7,167 bases of DNA from NCBI GenBank assembly GCA_030614005.1, contig JAUWKS010000105.1, positions 1-7,167 on the forward strand, read 5' to 3'. Origin of the DNA: Candidatus Heimdallarchaeota archaeon. GTDB taxonomy: Archaea; Asgardarchaeota; Heimdallarchaeia; JABLTI01. Position numbers and translations under genes: made by a program. This document shows, piece after piece, positions 6,586-7,167 of the stretch. The notes beneath the pieces were generated by a model. The model was not told the DNA's origin. It saw only the letters and a list, made by a program, of their open reading frames with translations, and ran no database searches. Each line of letters starts with the position of its first letter. Position 1 is the stretch's first letter.

Positions 6586-6706
6586 TTTAGTAATTACTGA
6601 TATTAATACCAAACAAAAGCATTAAAAGCTTCTCAAATTTGACTTTCTTTAGTTAGAGTTGTATTTGGCTCTCATATCATAATTAATTACTACGAAGGAA
6701 CTTGTT

Positions 6707-7167
6707 ATGAATTCTCCTGATGAATCAAATTTACAATTGAATCCAAAAGATGATTCAATTCAAACAAGTTCTAAATATATTGAAGCTATTGATACTGGTA
6801 TTGTCTCTCAAAGAGAGTTATCCAAAGAGTTGGGCTTCAAAGAAGCTTTGAGTATTGGCCTTGGTGGTACTATTGGTGGAGGAGTATTTAGTGTTCTAGG
6901 TATTGCAGTAGGCTTTGCTGGTCCAGCGGCAATCCTTTCTTTCGCTTTTGGTGGAGTTTTGGGTTTGCTTGTTGGTTATTCCTACGTAAAATTAGCTTTA
7001 AAATACCAATCTGCTGGCGGTAGCTATACCTATGCTCGTAAAGCTTTTGGAGAATATTTTGGTGGTGCTTTTGGTTGGCTCTTATGGACTGGTTATTTAG
7101 CTTCTTGTTCATTATATGCTTATACTTTTGGTTCCTTCTTCGCACACATGGTTCTCAATGAACATGC
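6707..7167 (+). CDS. APC-superfamily amino acid permease, N-terminal part, truncated by the window end
   Basis: Translated by hand from ATG 6707 (SD-like GAAGGA at 6694-6699), open to the window end: MNSPDESNLQLNPKDD...ELSKELGFKEALSIGLGGTIGGGVFSVLGIAVGFAGPAAILSFAFGG...SAGGSYTYARKAFGEYFGGAFGWLLWTGY... It shows the TM1 G-T-I-G-G-G-V-F motif, GPA, and the AGGxYxYxxxAFG loop typical of APC transporters. Confidence 0.92.
   Translation, partial: MNSPDESNLQLNPKDDSIQTSSKYIEAIDTGIVSQRELSKELGFKEALSIGLGGTIGGGVFSVLGIAVGFAGPAAILSFAFGGVLGLLVGYSYVKLALKYQSAGGSYTYARKAFGEYFGGAFGWLLWTGYLASCSLYAYTFGSFFAHMVLNEH

Noticed and set aside
6207-7145. Minus-strand ORFs 6207-6464 and 6888-7145
   Set aside because: Shadows of the USP and of the APC permease. 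The Q/N/K/H-rich composition of the second is what the reverse complement of TM-coding codons produces.
1-7167. CRISPR arrays, tRNA/rRNA genes, IS elements, selenocysteine/pyrrolysine read-through
   Set aside because: By eye I found no spaced direct repeats, cloverleaf, transposase or terminal inverted repeats. All the recognised proteins are full length with no in-frame stops.

Overview
AT-rich archaeal chromosomal window, most likely from an Asgard archaeon. This is inferred from a Rab-like small GTPase with all five RabF motifs, archaeal SD motifs (AGGTGAT, GGAGG), oligo-T terminators and a four-subunit archaeal-type POR. Gene order: TauE/SafE-family membrane protein (+); complete 2-oxoacid (probably pyruvate):ferredoxin oxidoreductase operon gamma-delta-alpha-beta (+); a 44-aa single-TM microprotein missing from the ORF track, with its own SD and candidate TATA box and terminator (+, 4601-4735); Rab-like GTPase without a prenylation motif (-); tandem universal stress protein (+); 5' part of an APC-family amino acid permease (+, runs off the window, also missing from the track). 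No RNA gene, CRISPR array or mobile element was seen. The most interesting items are the orphan membrane microprotein converging on the Rab-like gene and a chain of ATGA-coupled mini-ORFs upstream of the POR operon.
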